Below, one piece after another: positions 55,816 to 64,000 of a stretch of 64,000 nt of DNA. The position numbers and the translations under genes were made by a program. The stretch comes from Acidimicrobiales bacterium (lineage in GTDB: Bacteria; Actinomycetota; Acidimicrobiia; Acidimicrobiales; Aldehydirespiratoraceae). The number at the start of each line of letters is the position of its first letter. Within the stretch, counting starts at the first letter, position 1. The notes beneath the pieces are model-generated. The model did no database searches and had not been told where the DNA came from. It worked only from the letters and a program-made list of their open reading frames with translations. The stretch covers positions 763,862-827,861 of the forward strand of contig OZ241331.1 of the NCBI GenBank assembly GCA_965200005.1. The letters are read 5' to 3'.

Positions 55816-57372
55816 ATGAATCTTGCCGTCTGGGTGTTACGTAATGGTCTGCGGTACCCGAGCGAGCCGGCGCTTGCAGTCGGCGACCAAGTCCATGCTG
55901 ACTGGGCCACGCTGGCGCAACAAGTCGCTGCTTTGGCGGGCGGCTTGCGCAACGATCTCGGCCTGCATCCGGGGGATCGGGTCGCAATCGTGATGAACAA
56001 CCGGCCCGAATATCTGGAAGCCTTGTTCGCCATCTGGCACGCGGGACTTGTAGCCGTGCCGGTCAATGCACGGCTCCATCGTGACGAGGTTGCCTACATC
56101 GTCGAACACAGCGGCACCAGCGTCGCAATTGGTGACGCTGAACACGGTGATGACCTTGAGGTGGTCGCGGATGCTGTCGACTCGTTGCGGGTCAATGTCA
56201 TCGCCGGAGACGATCGCTGGGACGCCCTCGCACAGGCACCGGCAATTGGTCTGACGGATCGGCGACCGGACGACGCGGCCTGGTTGTTCTACACAAGCGG
56301 CACAACCGGGCGCCCCAAAGGTGCGACACTTACAAATCGCAACCTGCTGATGGCGTCGCTGAGCTATTTCGCAGACATTGATCCCATCTACGCAAACGAG
56401 AGCGTGTTGCATGCCGCGCCGCTCTCGCACGGCTCGGGGCTGTATGGACTCCCACATGTGGCACGTGGTGCGGTCAACGTGATCCCACGCTCCGGGGGCG
56501 GTGCAGAGATCGCTGAACTGTTGCAGCGCTGGCCCCGAATGTCGTTCTTTACCGCTCCCACCATGGTCAAGCGCCTGTCGAGTGACACCGCGATCATCAA
56601 CGCCGACCTTTCGAATCTAAAGACGATTATCTATGGCGGCGCTCCGATGTATTTGGCTGACTTGACCGAAGCGCTTGAGGTTTTCGGCCCCCGCCTTGCT
56701 CAGATCTACGGGCAGGGCGAAACGCCCATGACCATCACAGCACTCTCCAAGCGTGACCACGCCGACACCGATCACCCTGAGTGGAGAAGTCGCATGCAAA
56801 GCGTCGGGCTCCCCCGAACCGATGTCGAGGTGCGGGTCTTCGACGACCAAGATCGGGAGCTTCCAGCTGGTGAGATCGGAGAGATCGTCGTGCGCGGAGA
56901 TGTCGTCATGGACGGCTACTGGAAGGCACCGGAGGCAACCAGCGAGACGATGCGCGGCGGTTGGTTACACACCGGCGATGTGGGCAGCTTCGACTCGGCC
57001 GGCTACCTGACGCTTCGAGACAGGTCAAAGGATCTGATCATCAGTGGCGGCATGAACATCTACCCACGCGAGGTCGAAGAGGTATTGCTACGTCACCCAG
57101 ATGTTCGTGCTGTCTCGGTAGTGGGACGCCCCGACTCGGAGTGGGGAGAGTCGGTAGTGGCATTCGTCGTACCTGATCAACTCGATGCGGGCCCATCGCC
57201 GGACGACCTCGATCAACTCTGCCTCGACCACATCGCCCGCTACAAGCGCCCCAAGGACTACCGATTCCTTGACAGCCTCCCCACCAACAACTACGGCAAA
57301 GTCCTCAAACGTGAACTCCGCACACGTCTACACAACGAGGCCTCGCCCGATACAGGACGAGGCCTCGTCTAA
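55816..57372 (+). CDS. AMP-dependent synthetase/ligase (acyl-CoA synthetase family)
   Basis: AMP-binding motif LFYTSGTTGRPKGA, plus later GEIVVRG and a C-terminal YKRPK block. Confidence 0.85.
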   Translation: MNLAVWVLRNGLRYPSEPALAVGDQVHADWATLAQQVAALAGGLRNDLGLHPGDRVAIVMNNRPEYLEALFAIWHAGLVAVPVNARLHRDEVAYIVEHSGTSVAIGDAEHGDDLEVVADAVDSLRVNVIAGDDRWDALAQAPAIGLTDRRPDDAAWLFYTSGTTGRPKGATLTNRNLLMASLSYFADIDPIYANESVLHAAPLSHGSGLYGLPHVARGAVNVIPRSGGGAEIAELLQRWPRMSFFTAPTMVKRLSSDTAIINADLSNLKTIIYGGAPMYLADLTEALEVFGPRLAQIYGQGETPMTITALSKRDHADTDHPEWRSRMQSVGLPRTDVEVRVFDDQDRELPAGEIGEIVVRGDVVMDGYWKAPEATSETMRGGWLHTGDVGSFDSAGYLTLRDRSKDLIISGGMNIYPREVEEVLLRHPDVRAVSVVGRPDSEWGESVVAFVVPDQLDAGPSPDDLDQLCLDHIARYKRPKDYRFLDSLPTNNYGKVLKRELRTRLHNEASPDTGRGLV

Positions 57373-57420
57373 GTAGATGTGCTGGGCGGCGCCGTCGCTA
57401 GACGCAGCCAGCCGAATTGG

Positions 57421-58665
57421 CTAGCGGGTCGGAAGCTCTTCTGGCAGCATCACGATCGGAGCGAATACCTCTGTCGGAACTGGTTCACGGGCTGCGATGT
57501 CTTGCGCCAACGGAATCCAGTACTCGCCCCATTGAGCGGCACCCAGGTCAACAGACCCGACCAGGGCGGTGTCGCCTTCGATGATTGCGTCAAGCACCGC
57601 AGACCCGCCATTAACGCCGGTCACTGCGGCAGTCGAATGACGGTCTGCCACCTTCAACGCCTCAGCATTTGCAAGTGCCCACAGGTCAGCAACCGTGCAA
57701 CTGAGGATGTTCTCAGCATCAGGATTCGCCGTCAGCATGTCCGTGAACGCATTCTGAAGTTCGAGCGATGTTGTGCTGGTCGTGTCGTGCTCCACTGATT
57801 CGATGCCCGGGAAGGCTTCACGTACGACGTCAGCACACACAGATGCCCGTAGAGCCACCTCGGGACCCGCAGGTGAGAAGAACGTGACGAATAGCATCGT
57901 GTTCTCGGCGGTCCAGCCCTGCGCATTGGCTACGTCAACGAGCCGCTCGCCCTGAAGCACACCCATACCAGCGTTGCTGGGGCCAAACAGAACGGTGCCG
58001 GGCGACTGGGTCACAACCTGCACGACCGGAATACATGCATCAAAGAAGATCTCGTTGACGCTCTCAAGAACGTCATCCAGCTGATTGTTGCTAACTATGA
58101 CACTCGGCTCACGCACAACGATCGATTGGGCAGCCGAAATCGGTTCGCTGGTACTCGGGAACTGGAAGTCGGCCACCGCTAGTTCGACATCGGCCATCTC
58201 CGCAGCCGAGTCCATGCTCGCGTTCATCGAGATGTTGACCTCATTGACGGTGTCCTGCGCACCGAAGCCCACGACGAGATCGCCGTTGGATGAGACCGCC
58301 TCGGGTTCCCAAATCTCTGGATGATCAGCTACGGATTCATAGCCACAAGTCTCCGAATTCCAGATCACCCATTCGTCACTGTTGCCATTTGATGGCATGG
58401 TCCAAAGGATGGCGGGCTCGGTTGTGCCACCGTCATCACCATCGTCTGCTGGCGCTGCGTCATCTGTGGCTGCATCGTCGGATCCATCCGCATCACTGGC
58501 CGCACCCTCATCACTCGCGGCACCCTCGTCTGCGTCTGCGGATTCGGGTGCAGCCGTGGCGTCAGATTGCGCCTCTGTGCTGTCGTCGTCAGATCCACAC
58601 GCGGCAGCCAACAGCACCACGGCGAATATCGACACGCACAGCTTCCATCCTCGTTTGCCGGACAT
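57421..58665 (-). CDS. Type I periplasmic-binding-fold lipoprotein (orphan sugar-type SBP-like)
   Basis: Lipobox LLAAACGSDDD, an acidic A/D/E/G linker, and a body the size of an RbsB-like PBP. No cognate permease or ATPase gene is adjacent. Confidence 0.55.
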   Translation of the reverse strand: MSGKRGWKLCVSIFAVVLLAAACGSDDDSTEAQSDATAAPESADADEGAASDEGAASDADGSDDAATDDAAPADDGDDGGTTEPAILWTMPSNGNSDEWVIWNSETCGYESVADHPEIWEPEAVSSNGDLVVGFGAQDTVNEVNISMNASMDSAAEMADVELAVADFQFPSTSEPISAAQSIVVREPSVIVSNNQLDDVLESVNEIFFDACIPVVQVVTQSPGTVLFGPSNAGMGVLQGERLVDVANAQGWTAENTMLFVTFFSPAGPEVALRASVCADVVREAFPGIESVEHDTTSTTSLELQNAFTDMLTANPDAENILSCTVADLWALANAEALKVADRHSTAAVTGVNGGSAVLDAIIEGDTALVGSVDLGAAQWGEYWIPLAQDIAAREPVPTEVFAPIVMLPEELPTR

Positions 58666-58837
58666 CGCACCTCCTTAGGTTTGGTATTACCGAACGCTGA
58701 TTTCTAATACAGAACCCACTATAGTCCACGCTCAGGAACCGTCAAGATGGGACCTGTCTCGCGCTGGCGTCACCATGCGACTCATAGGCTGGATGGTTCG
58801 GCGTCACCGAACGATCTGGCCTTTTCGGGAGCGACAG

Positions 58838-59623
58838 ATGCCTGAACTCGATAGTCGATACGCAGTCAAGAGTGTGGTTCGGGCAATCGAGATCCTTGAG
58901 GCGCTCGAGGATGCCTACGCCGATGGTCTCACCGTCACCGAAGTAGCAAAACTGATTGGCATCTCCAAGAGTGCGGCGTTCGCGACGCTCCACACGCTGG
59001 GAAGCTACGGACTGGTGAGCGACCGGCTCGAGGGGCAGTCCCGGCGGTACTCCCTCGGTCTGGCTCTGATCCGGCTCGGCCAGCAGGCCTCGGCGCAGAA
59101 CTCGATCGCTGACCTAGCCCGGCCGATGTTGCGGCAGCTTACGAAACGCACCGGTTTGACCTCACGTGTGGCCGTGCTCGACGATGACTGGGCTGTGGTG
59201 GTGGGTCGCGTCGACGCCCGTACAGCCGTCCGACTTGATCTGGGCATGGGTAGGCAGGAATGGCCCCACTGCTCCGGCGTCGGCAAGGCGATGCTGTCGA
59301 CGCTGCCCGAAGCCGAGGTTCGCTCCATAGTCGACAGGGTTGGCATGCCACGCAAGACTCCGAACACGATCACCGATGTTGACGACCTGCTAGCGGCGCT
59401 CGAACGCATCCGCAGCGACGGCTTCTGTCTCGATGACGAAGAAGATGTCGAGGGTGTTCTGTGCGTGGCTGCACCACTGACCCAGCTCCCCGGCGGTGCT
59501 GTGGGTGCGGTGAGTGTCACCGGACTCAAGGCGGATCCACTCTTGCGTCAACCTCGCCTTGTCGGGCGTGAGGTGCAAGCAGCCGCAACCGCCATCGCGG
59601 AGTTGGCTCGCGGGCGAGCCTGA
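58838..59623 (+). CDS. IclR-family transcriptional regulator
   Basis: ATG 58838 is preceded by GGGAG; the ORF track start is 58775. VKSVVRAIEILEALEDAYADGLTVTEVAKLIGISKSAAFATLHTL is an IclR HTH, followed by a C-terminal effector domain. Confidence 0.8.
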   Translation: MPELDSRYAVKSVVRAIEILEALEDAYADGLTVTEVAKLIGISKSAAFATLHTLGSYGLVSDRLEGQSRRYSLGLALIRLGQQASAQNSIADLARPMLRQLTKRTGLTSRVAVLDDDWAVVVGRVDARTAVRLDLGMGRQEWPHCSGVGKAMLSTLPEAEVRSIVDRVGMPRKTPNTITDVDDLLAALERIRSDGFCLDDEEDVEGVLCVAAPLTQLPGGAVGAVSVTGLKADPLLRQPRLVGREVQAAATAIAELARGRA

Positions 59624-59635
59624 GGTTGACGAACC

Positions 59636-61192
59636 ATGCGAACCGCTGACGCCGGTCACGCCACCGAGAACACCAAGGACACATCGCCAGACACACCAGA
59701 CACATCTGTGTGGAGGCCCTTCGCTGCGGACCTCGTGGCCGGATCAAGCCGCCGCGACATCACACCGCCACTGGGCATTCGCACGGCCAACTGGGGGGCC
59801 GAGGGTCGCCACGAGCTAGCAACAGGAGTCCATCAACCGCTCACGGTTACCGCGTTGGCACTAACCGATTACTCAGGTCGCTCGGATCACTCGGATCACT
59901 CAGGTCGCTCGAGTCATTCGAGTCGCTCAGATCACTCGGACTCGACGCAATACCAATACATCGTCAGCGTTGACCTCGGCTGGTGGCGCGACTCCAGCGA
60001 CGAGGAGTCGGTCCGCAAACCGATCCTGGTTGCCTTGAGGATCGATGAGTCACAGTTGCTCCTTCATCTGGTCCACACGCATTCCGGCCCATGCACCACA
60101 CGGTCGCAGCATCTTGAACCCGGCGGCGCACTAGTGGACAGCTACTTAGTGCGGTTGACGCGCACGATCACCACTGCGTGCCTTGAAGCTCGAGCCGCGG
60201 CTCAGCCATGTCACATCACGTGGGGGACGGGGCGCTGTGGTCTTGCGACGGTACGTGACCTGCCCTGCGGTGATCGCGACGTCGTCGGATTTAACCCCCA
60301 CACGCCAGCAGACGACACGCTCGTGGTGGGACGCATCGCCGACTCTCGCGGCCACACGGTGGAGACAATCGTGAATTACGCCTGCCATCCGACCACCCTC
60401 GCATGGCAGAACCCCCTCCTTTCGCCTGACTTCGTCGGCCCTGCGCGAGTACTGGTGGAAACCGCCACCTCGGCTCCGTGTGTGTTCCTGCAAGGCGCCT
60501 CGGGCGACCTCGCCCCACGAGACCAGTACACGGGCGACATCGATGTAGCTGAACGCAACGGACGGGTCGTCGGCCATGGGGTGCTATCGACCCTCGAAGC
60601 GATGCCACGACCAGGTCACATGTTGCGATTCGGGGGTGTGGTCGAGTCCGGAGCCAGCCTCGGAATATGGGAACAAGTCCCCACCGAAGCCTCCACCGCT
60701 CTCAGCTCTCAGCTCATCCAGGTACCCGTAGAACTGCAGCCAGCACTGTCGCCCGAGGAGTTGAGTGATCGCTGGAGGCACACCGGTGAGACTCCCGCCC
60801 GTGAGCGAGTCGAGCGTGCGATTGCGTTACGTAATGGCTATGTGCAAGACGGCGAGGCGAGCCATCCAGTGTGGCTCATGGAGGTCGGAGATGCGGTCAT
60901 CGTGGCGCACCCTGGTGAGGCGTACTCGATCATGCAGATCGAACTGCGACGCCGGCACCCCGATCGCTGCATCCTCGTAGCCAACTGCACGAACGGCCCA
61001 GGGTTCATGTACTTGCCCGAGCGCTCAGCATACGAGCGAGTGCCATACCAGGTCTGGCAGACCCTGGTTGACGTGGGCTCGCTCGAGGCTGTCATCGAGG
61101 CGACCGACGCAGCGATCAGCGAGCTGGGGAAGCCTCCAGGGGAGTCCACATCGCTTGCAAGCGAGTCATCCCTCGAAAGCGAGTTGCCGTGA
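59636..61192 (+). CDS. Neutral/alkaline ceramidase-N-terminal-domain-like hydrolase
   Basis: DITPPLGIRTANWG, LVHTHSGP, NYACHPTTL and FLQGASGDLAP blocks resemble bacterial neutral ceramidase-like proteins. This is from memory only. Confidence 0.4.
   Translation: MRTADAGHATENTKDTSPDTPDTSVWRPFAADLVAGSSRRDITPPLGIRTANWGAEGRHELATGVHQPLTVTALALTDYSGRSDHSDHSGRSSHSSRSDHSDSTQYQYIVSVDLGWWRDSSDEESVRKPILVALRIDESQLLLHLVHTHSGPCTTRSQHLEPGGALVDSYLVRLTRTITTACLEARAAAQPCHITWGTGRCGLATVRDLPCGDRDVVGFNPHTPADDTLVVGRIADSRGHTVETIVNYACHPTTLAWQNPLLSPDFVGPARVLVETATSAPCVFLQGASGDLAPRDQYTGDIDVAERNGRVVGHGVLSTLEAMPRPGHMLRFGGVVESGASLGIWEQVPTEASTALSSQLIQVPVELQPALSPEELSDRWRHTGETPARERVERAIALRNGYVQDGEASHPVWLMEVGDAVIVAHPGEAYSIMQIELRRRHPDRCILVANCTNGPGFMYLPERSAYERVPYQVWQTLVDVGSLEAVIEATDAAISELGKPPGESTSLASESSLESELP
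59871..59947 (+). repeat. Imperfect 18-nt tandem repeat inside a CDS (encodes YSGRSDHSDHSGRSSHSSRSDHSDS)
   Basis: ACTCAGGTCGCTCGGATC / ACTCGGATC / ACTCAGGTCGCTCGAGTC / ATTCGAGTCGCTCAGATC / ACTCGGAC... Confidence 0.9.
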
Positions 61193-62037
61193 GGAGCGCT
61201 GTGGTCACCGGTGCCGGCTCGGGAATTGGTGAGGCGGTCGCTCACCGGCTCCTCGCCGAAGACTGGGCGGTCGTGGCAGTAGATCGCTACGCCGCAGGCC
61301 TTGCACAGTTCAGCAGCGAATCGAACTGCGCAACCGTCGTTGGCGATGTAACTGAGAGGTCGACCCACTCCCGAGCGGGACGCCGCATGCGCGAACTCGG
61401 GTCTCCGCACGCCTGGATTTCCGTTGCCGGCGTCACCGCCTCTCACGAACTTCATGCACTTGACGAGGCATCCGTCCGCAGGCTGATCGACATCAACCAG
61501 ATGGGGCCACTGTTCGGAGCTGCTGAAGCCGTCTCAAGGTTTCGAGCCAGCGGGACACCTGGTGTCATCGTGCAGATCTCATCGGTACATGCATCGCATT
61601 CGGCCGCGCATTACCCCGTGTACGAGATGACTAAGGCAGCAAACGAAGCACTCACCAGAAGTATCGCGGTCTCCTATGGAGTCGACGGCATCCGCTCGGT
61701 CGCTATCGCTCCGGGGGCAATCGAGACGCCCGCCCTCATTGCCGCTCTAGAAGCAACCGACGATCCACGTCTCGCCCGAGCGAGGCTGAGCAGGTCCCCT
61801 CTGAACAGACTCGGCCAGCCGCGCGAGATCGCTGAAGCTGTTGCATTTGTGATCTCTGCCGGAGCGTCCTTCGTCACCGGGACGACAATCGTGGTCGACG
61901 GTGGCTGGACTTCGATGCTGATTAGAGATGAACAAGAACCATCCGATCCACCTCGGGATGCATCTGAGGCATCTCCGGAGGCATCAGCGGCATCTCAAAA
62001 GGCATCTGAGGCATCCGAGGAGGCATCGGCGGAGTGA
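61189..62037 (+). CDS. SDR-family oxidoreductase with a repetitive acidic C-terminal tail
   Basis: The GTG start overlaps the upstream stop. Rossmann motif VTGAGSGIG and catalytic YEMTK (YxxxK). The tail is DASEASPEASAASQKASEASEEASAE. Confidence 0.85.
   Translation: MRSAVVTGAGSGIGEAVAHRLLAEDWAVVAVDRYAAGLAQFSSESNCATVVGDVTERSTHSRAGRRMRELGSPHAWISVAGVTASHELHALDEASVRRLIDINQMGPLFGAAEAVSRFRASGTPGVIVQISSVHASHSAAHYPVYEMTKAANEALTRSIAVSYGVDGIRSVAIAPGAIETPALIAALEATDDPRLARARLSRSPLNRLGQPREIAEAVAFVISAGASFVTGTTIVVDGGWTSMLIRDEQEPSDPPRDASEASPEASAASQKASEASEEASAE
61960..62034 (+). repeat. 21-nt tandem repeat (3.5 units) encoding the (ASEASxE)-type tail
   Basis: GCATC recurs at 61960, 61969, 61981, 61990, 62002, 62011 and 62023. 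The 9/12-nt alternating spacing gives a 21-nt period. Confidence 0.9.
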
Positions 62038-63749
62038 ACGCTTTGCGCAGTGACGCCTGGCTCGACGGCGATGATGAAGTGGCGATGCTTCACCGGGTCG
62101 CGCTCGCTCAAACCAACTATCGGCGTGGCCGTCCCGTGATCGGGATCGCAGCCACATCCAGCGCCTTCAACCCATGTCACGGAGATGTCGATCGGCTCGT
62201 GAAGGCTGCTGCCGGGGCAGTCGACGATGCCGGAGGAGTGGCCGCCGTATTCCCGGCCATGTCGCTGGGTGAAGATCTGATGAAGCCCTCCGCGATGATG
62301 TACCGGAACCTGCTGTCGATGGAACTCGAAGAAACGATCCGCTCCTCGCCGATCGATGGCTTGGTGATCTTCACCGGATGCGACAAGAACGTACCTGCGG
62401 CTCTCATGGCGCTCGCAAGTGCTGATGTCCCCGCTCTGATCGGACTGGTAGGTCTACGGCAACCGGGCCGATTCGAGGATCGCCGCGTTGCCGCCGGCAC
62501 CGATATCTGGCGTGAACTCGAGCGCCGCCGTTCGGGTCAGACCAGCGACAGCGAGTGGGCGGCGTTCGAACGATCTTTACGAGAGACCGGACCAGGCATC
62601 TGTAACGTCATGGGCACCGCGGTCACGATGGGACTCATCGCCGAGGTGCTCGGCATGGCGCTACCCGGGTCGACGACGATGCAAGCCGGTGGCGACGAAA
62701 TCCAGGAAGCAGCGCGTGCAACCGGACGTCTCGTAGTCGAGATGGTCACTGATGCCGAGAGACCCTCCCACAGAATGACCAGAGAGGCATTCGATAACGC
62801 TCTCACGATCCTCGCTGCGGTCGGTGGGTCGACCAATGCCATTATTCACCTGGTGGCCGTCGCAGGCCGCCTCGGTCTCCGGCTCGATCTGGAAGCCGTG
62901 GACGCGGTGTTCAGCCGGGTGCCCCTGATAGCAGACATCGAACCATGCGGATCTCAGCTAGCCCAGGATCTTCACGATGCGGGCACGACACCAGCGCTCG
63001 TTGATGCTCTCGGGACATTGTTCGACCACACCACGATCTGCGCAGATGGTCGACCCTGGTCTGAGGTCATGGCTCCTCCGACTCCCGGTTCCAGCGCGAT
63101 CCGCGCCACCGATGATCCGATCGCCGAAGCCCCAGCGATTGCCATTCTCCACGGATCGCTCGCTCCCGGCGGGGCTGTCATAAAGGTGGCAGCGGCATCC
63201 CCAGAGCTTCTGCGTTGCTCGGGGCCAGCAGTGGTGTTCGACGACTACCACGACATGCGTCGACGGCTAGATGATCCGGGCTTGCAGATCGAAGCGGACT
63301 CCGTGATCGTCGTTCGTGAATGCGGCCCGGCAGGCGCTCCGGGAATGCCCGAGTGGGGCATGGCCCCGATCCCCAAGCGCCTCGTCGACATGGGCGTGAC
63401 CGACATGTTGCGCGTCAGCGACGGTCGCATGAGCGGAACCAGCTTCGGCACGGTCGTGCTACACGTCACTCCCGAAGCGCACCGGGGTGGCCCGCTCGCC
63501 CTAGTTCAAGACGGCGACACGATCGAGCTTGACCTCCCCGCACGCCGCATCGACCTGGTTGTCGATGACGACACGCTCTCGAGTCGACGCGCCGCCTGGT
63601 CGGCTCCTATATCAGCTCACGAACGGGGGTGGCCGGCGATGTACCAACAACATGTCGGTGATGCCACGAGCGGATGCGATCTCGACTTTTTGGTGGCACC
63701 AGGCAATGAACAGCCCGTCTTCGTAGAACCCGTAGTCGGGCGTTCCTGA
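62034..63749 (+). CDS. IlvD/Edd-family dehydratase (dihydroxy-acid or sugar-acid dehydratase)
   Basis: 571 aa with FTGCDKNVPAALMA (Fe-S cluster Cys block) and SDGRMSG near the C-terminus. GTG 62034 overlaps the SDR stop. Confidence 0.85.
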   Translation: MNALRSDAWLDGDDEVAMLHRVALAQTNYRRGRPVIGIAATSSAFNPCHGDVDRLVKAAAGAVDDAGGVAAVFPAMSLGEDLMKPSAMMYRNLLSMELEETIRSSPIDGLVIFTGCDKNVPAALMALASADVPALIGLVGLRQPGRFEDRRVAAGTDIWRELERRRSGQTSDSEWAAFERSLRETGPGICNVMGTAVTMGLIAEVLGMALPGSTTMQAGGDEIQEAARATGRLVVEMVTDAERPSHRMTREAFDNALTILAAVGGSTNAIIHLVAVAGRLGLRLDLEAVDAVFSRVPLIADIEPCGSQLAQDLHDAGTTPALVDALGTLFDHTTICADGRPWSEVMAPPTPGSSAIRATDDPIAEAPAIAILHGSLAPGGAVIKVAAASPELLRCSGPAVVFDDYHDMRRRLDDPGLQIEADSVIVVRECGPAGAPGMPEWGMAPIPKRLVDMGVTDMLRVSDGRMSGTSFGTVVLHVTPEAHRGGPLALVQDGDTIELDLPARRIDLVVDDDTLSSRRAAWSAPISAHERGWPAMYQQHVGDATSGCDLDFLVAPGNEQPVFVEPVVGRS

Positions 63750-63756
63750 TAACCAA

Positions 63757-63834
63757 ATGAACAGATGAGCAGATGAACAGGTGCGCAGCAACTAGGTGCG
63801 CAGGTGAGCGGTAGCTAGGTGAGCGGCAACTAAG
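63757..63834. repeat. Degenerate 8-mer tandem array in a convergent intergenic region
   Basis: ATGAACAG ATGAGCAG ATGAACAG GTGCGCAG caactag GTGCGCAG GTGAGCGG tagctag GTGAGCGG caactaag. Confidence 0.9.
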
Positions 63835-64000
63835 AGTCGATGGGCGGGAGACGGTCGCTGCCTACGGCATCCGCGAGTTGGTCGACCAGTCGATCGACCT
63901 CGGAGGCAGTCTCAGCATCAACGAAGAATCCATTCGGAGGTCGGCTGGAGTTTCTGGGCAACACACCCTGACGCCAGAGGACATGCTTCTCGAGAGCCAC
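63830..64000 (-). CDS. Partial CDS (C-terminal 56 codons; N-terminus beyond window end), possibly a DapA/DHDPS-family aldolase
   Basis: The minus-strand frame is open from 64000 to stop TAG (complement of 63830-63832): ...LEKHVLWRQGVLPRNSSRPPNGFFVDAETASEVDRLVDQLADAVGSDRLPPIDS. The family guess rests on weak resemblance and on adjacency to an IlvD-family dehydratase. Confidence 0.3.
   Translation of the reverse strand: MALEKHVLWRQGVLPRNSSRPPNGFFVDAETASEVDRLVDQLADAVGSDRLPPIDS

Noticed and set aside
59871-62034. Tandem repeats as a possible CRISPR or minisatellite locus
   Set aside because: Both repeat tracts are short, lie in frame inside CDSs, have no unique spacers, and have no cas genes nearby.

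Overview
This is a densely coding, high-GC chromosomal segment that looks actinobacterial. Hand counts of typical 60-nt coding samples give about 60-67% GC. I see about 55 CDS and 3 tRNAs. I see no rRNA, no CRISPR array, and no transposase or integrase. Every function call below comes from reading the ORF translations for motifs by eye. No database search was run.

Gene content in order:
1. A partial MBL hydrolase.
2. A Dpp/Opp-type ABC importer plus a DUF917 protein.
3. An envelope-glycan cluster. It has three paralogous GT-C (ArnT/PMT-like) domains, one of them fused to an acyltransferase-3 domain. It also has a polysaccharide-deacetylase/methyltransferase fusion and a DUF2304 protein.
4. 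An MBL hydrolase, pheA, tRNA-Ser(TGA), a secreted pectin-acetylesterase-like lipoprotein, tRNA-Ser(GCT) and tRNA-Arg(ACG).
5. A LacI-bicupin fusion regulator, a CUT1-type sugar ABC importer with no ATPase gene, and three tandem-NTF2 (SnoaL-like) paralogues.
6. A same-strand amide-utilisation gene string: an AmiC/FmdD-like binding protein, Liv-type permeases and ATPases, an amidase and an FAD oxidoreductase. A McrBC type IV restriction module is wedged into it. Its mcrC is frameshifted in an 8-nt homopolymer. Its mcrB carries an AT-rich N-terminal region of about 600 aa that I cannot assign.
7. An ArsR regulator next to a cytoplasmic SRPBCC/AmiC-like fusion.
8. An EF-G paralogue.
9. An atypical LuxR-type regulator that lacks the phospho-acceptor residues. 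It is divergent from a tightly translationally coupled 5-gene operon: a small secreted protein with one in-frame TGA, a lipoprotein, a PG-binding adaptor-like protein, an ABC ATPase and an FtsX permease. Four TGGCCG hexamers phased exactly 11 bp apart sit in the shared promoter region.
10. A glycine betaine / dimethylglycine / sarcosine demethylation cluster.
11. An acyl-CoA ligase and an orphan binding protein, then an IclR-linked cluster: a ceramidase-like hydrolase, an SDR, an IlvD-family dehydratase and a partial convergent gene.

The two best candidates for something undescribed are the LuxR / small-secreted-protein / ABC-FtsX operon (43947-48502) and the McrBC variant (29067-33249). Neither can be proven novel from sequence alone.
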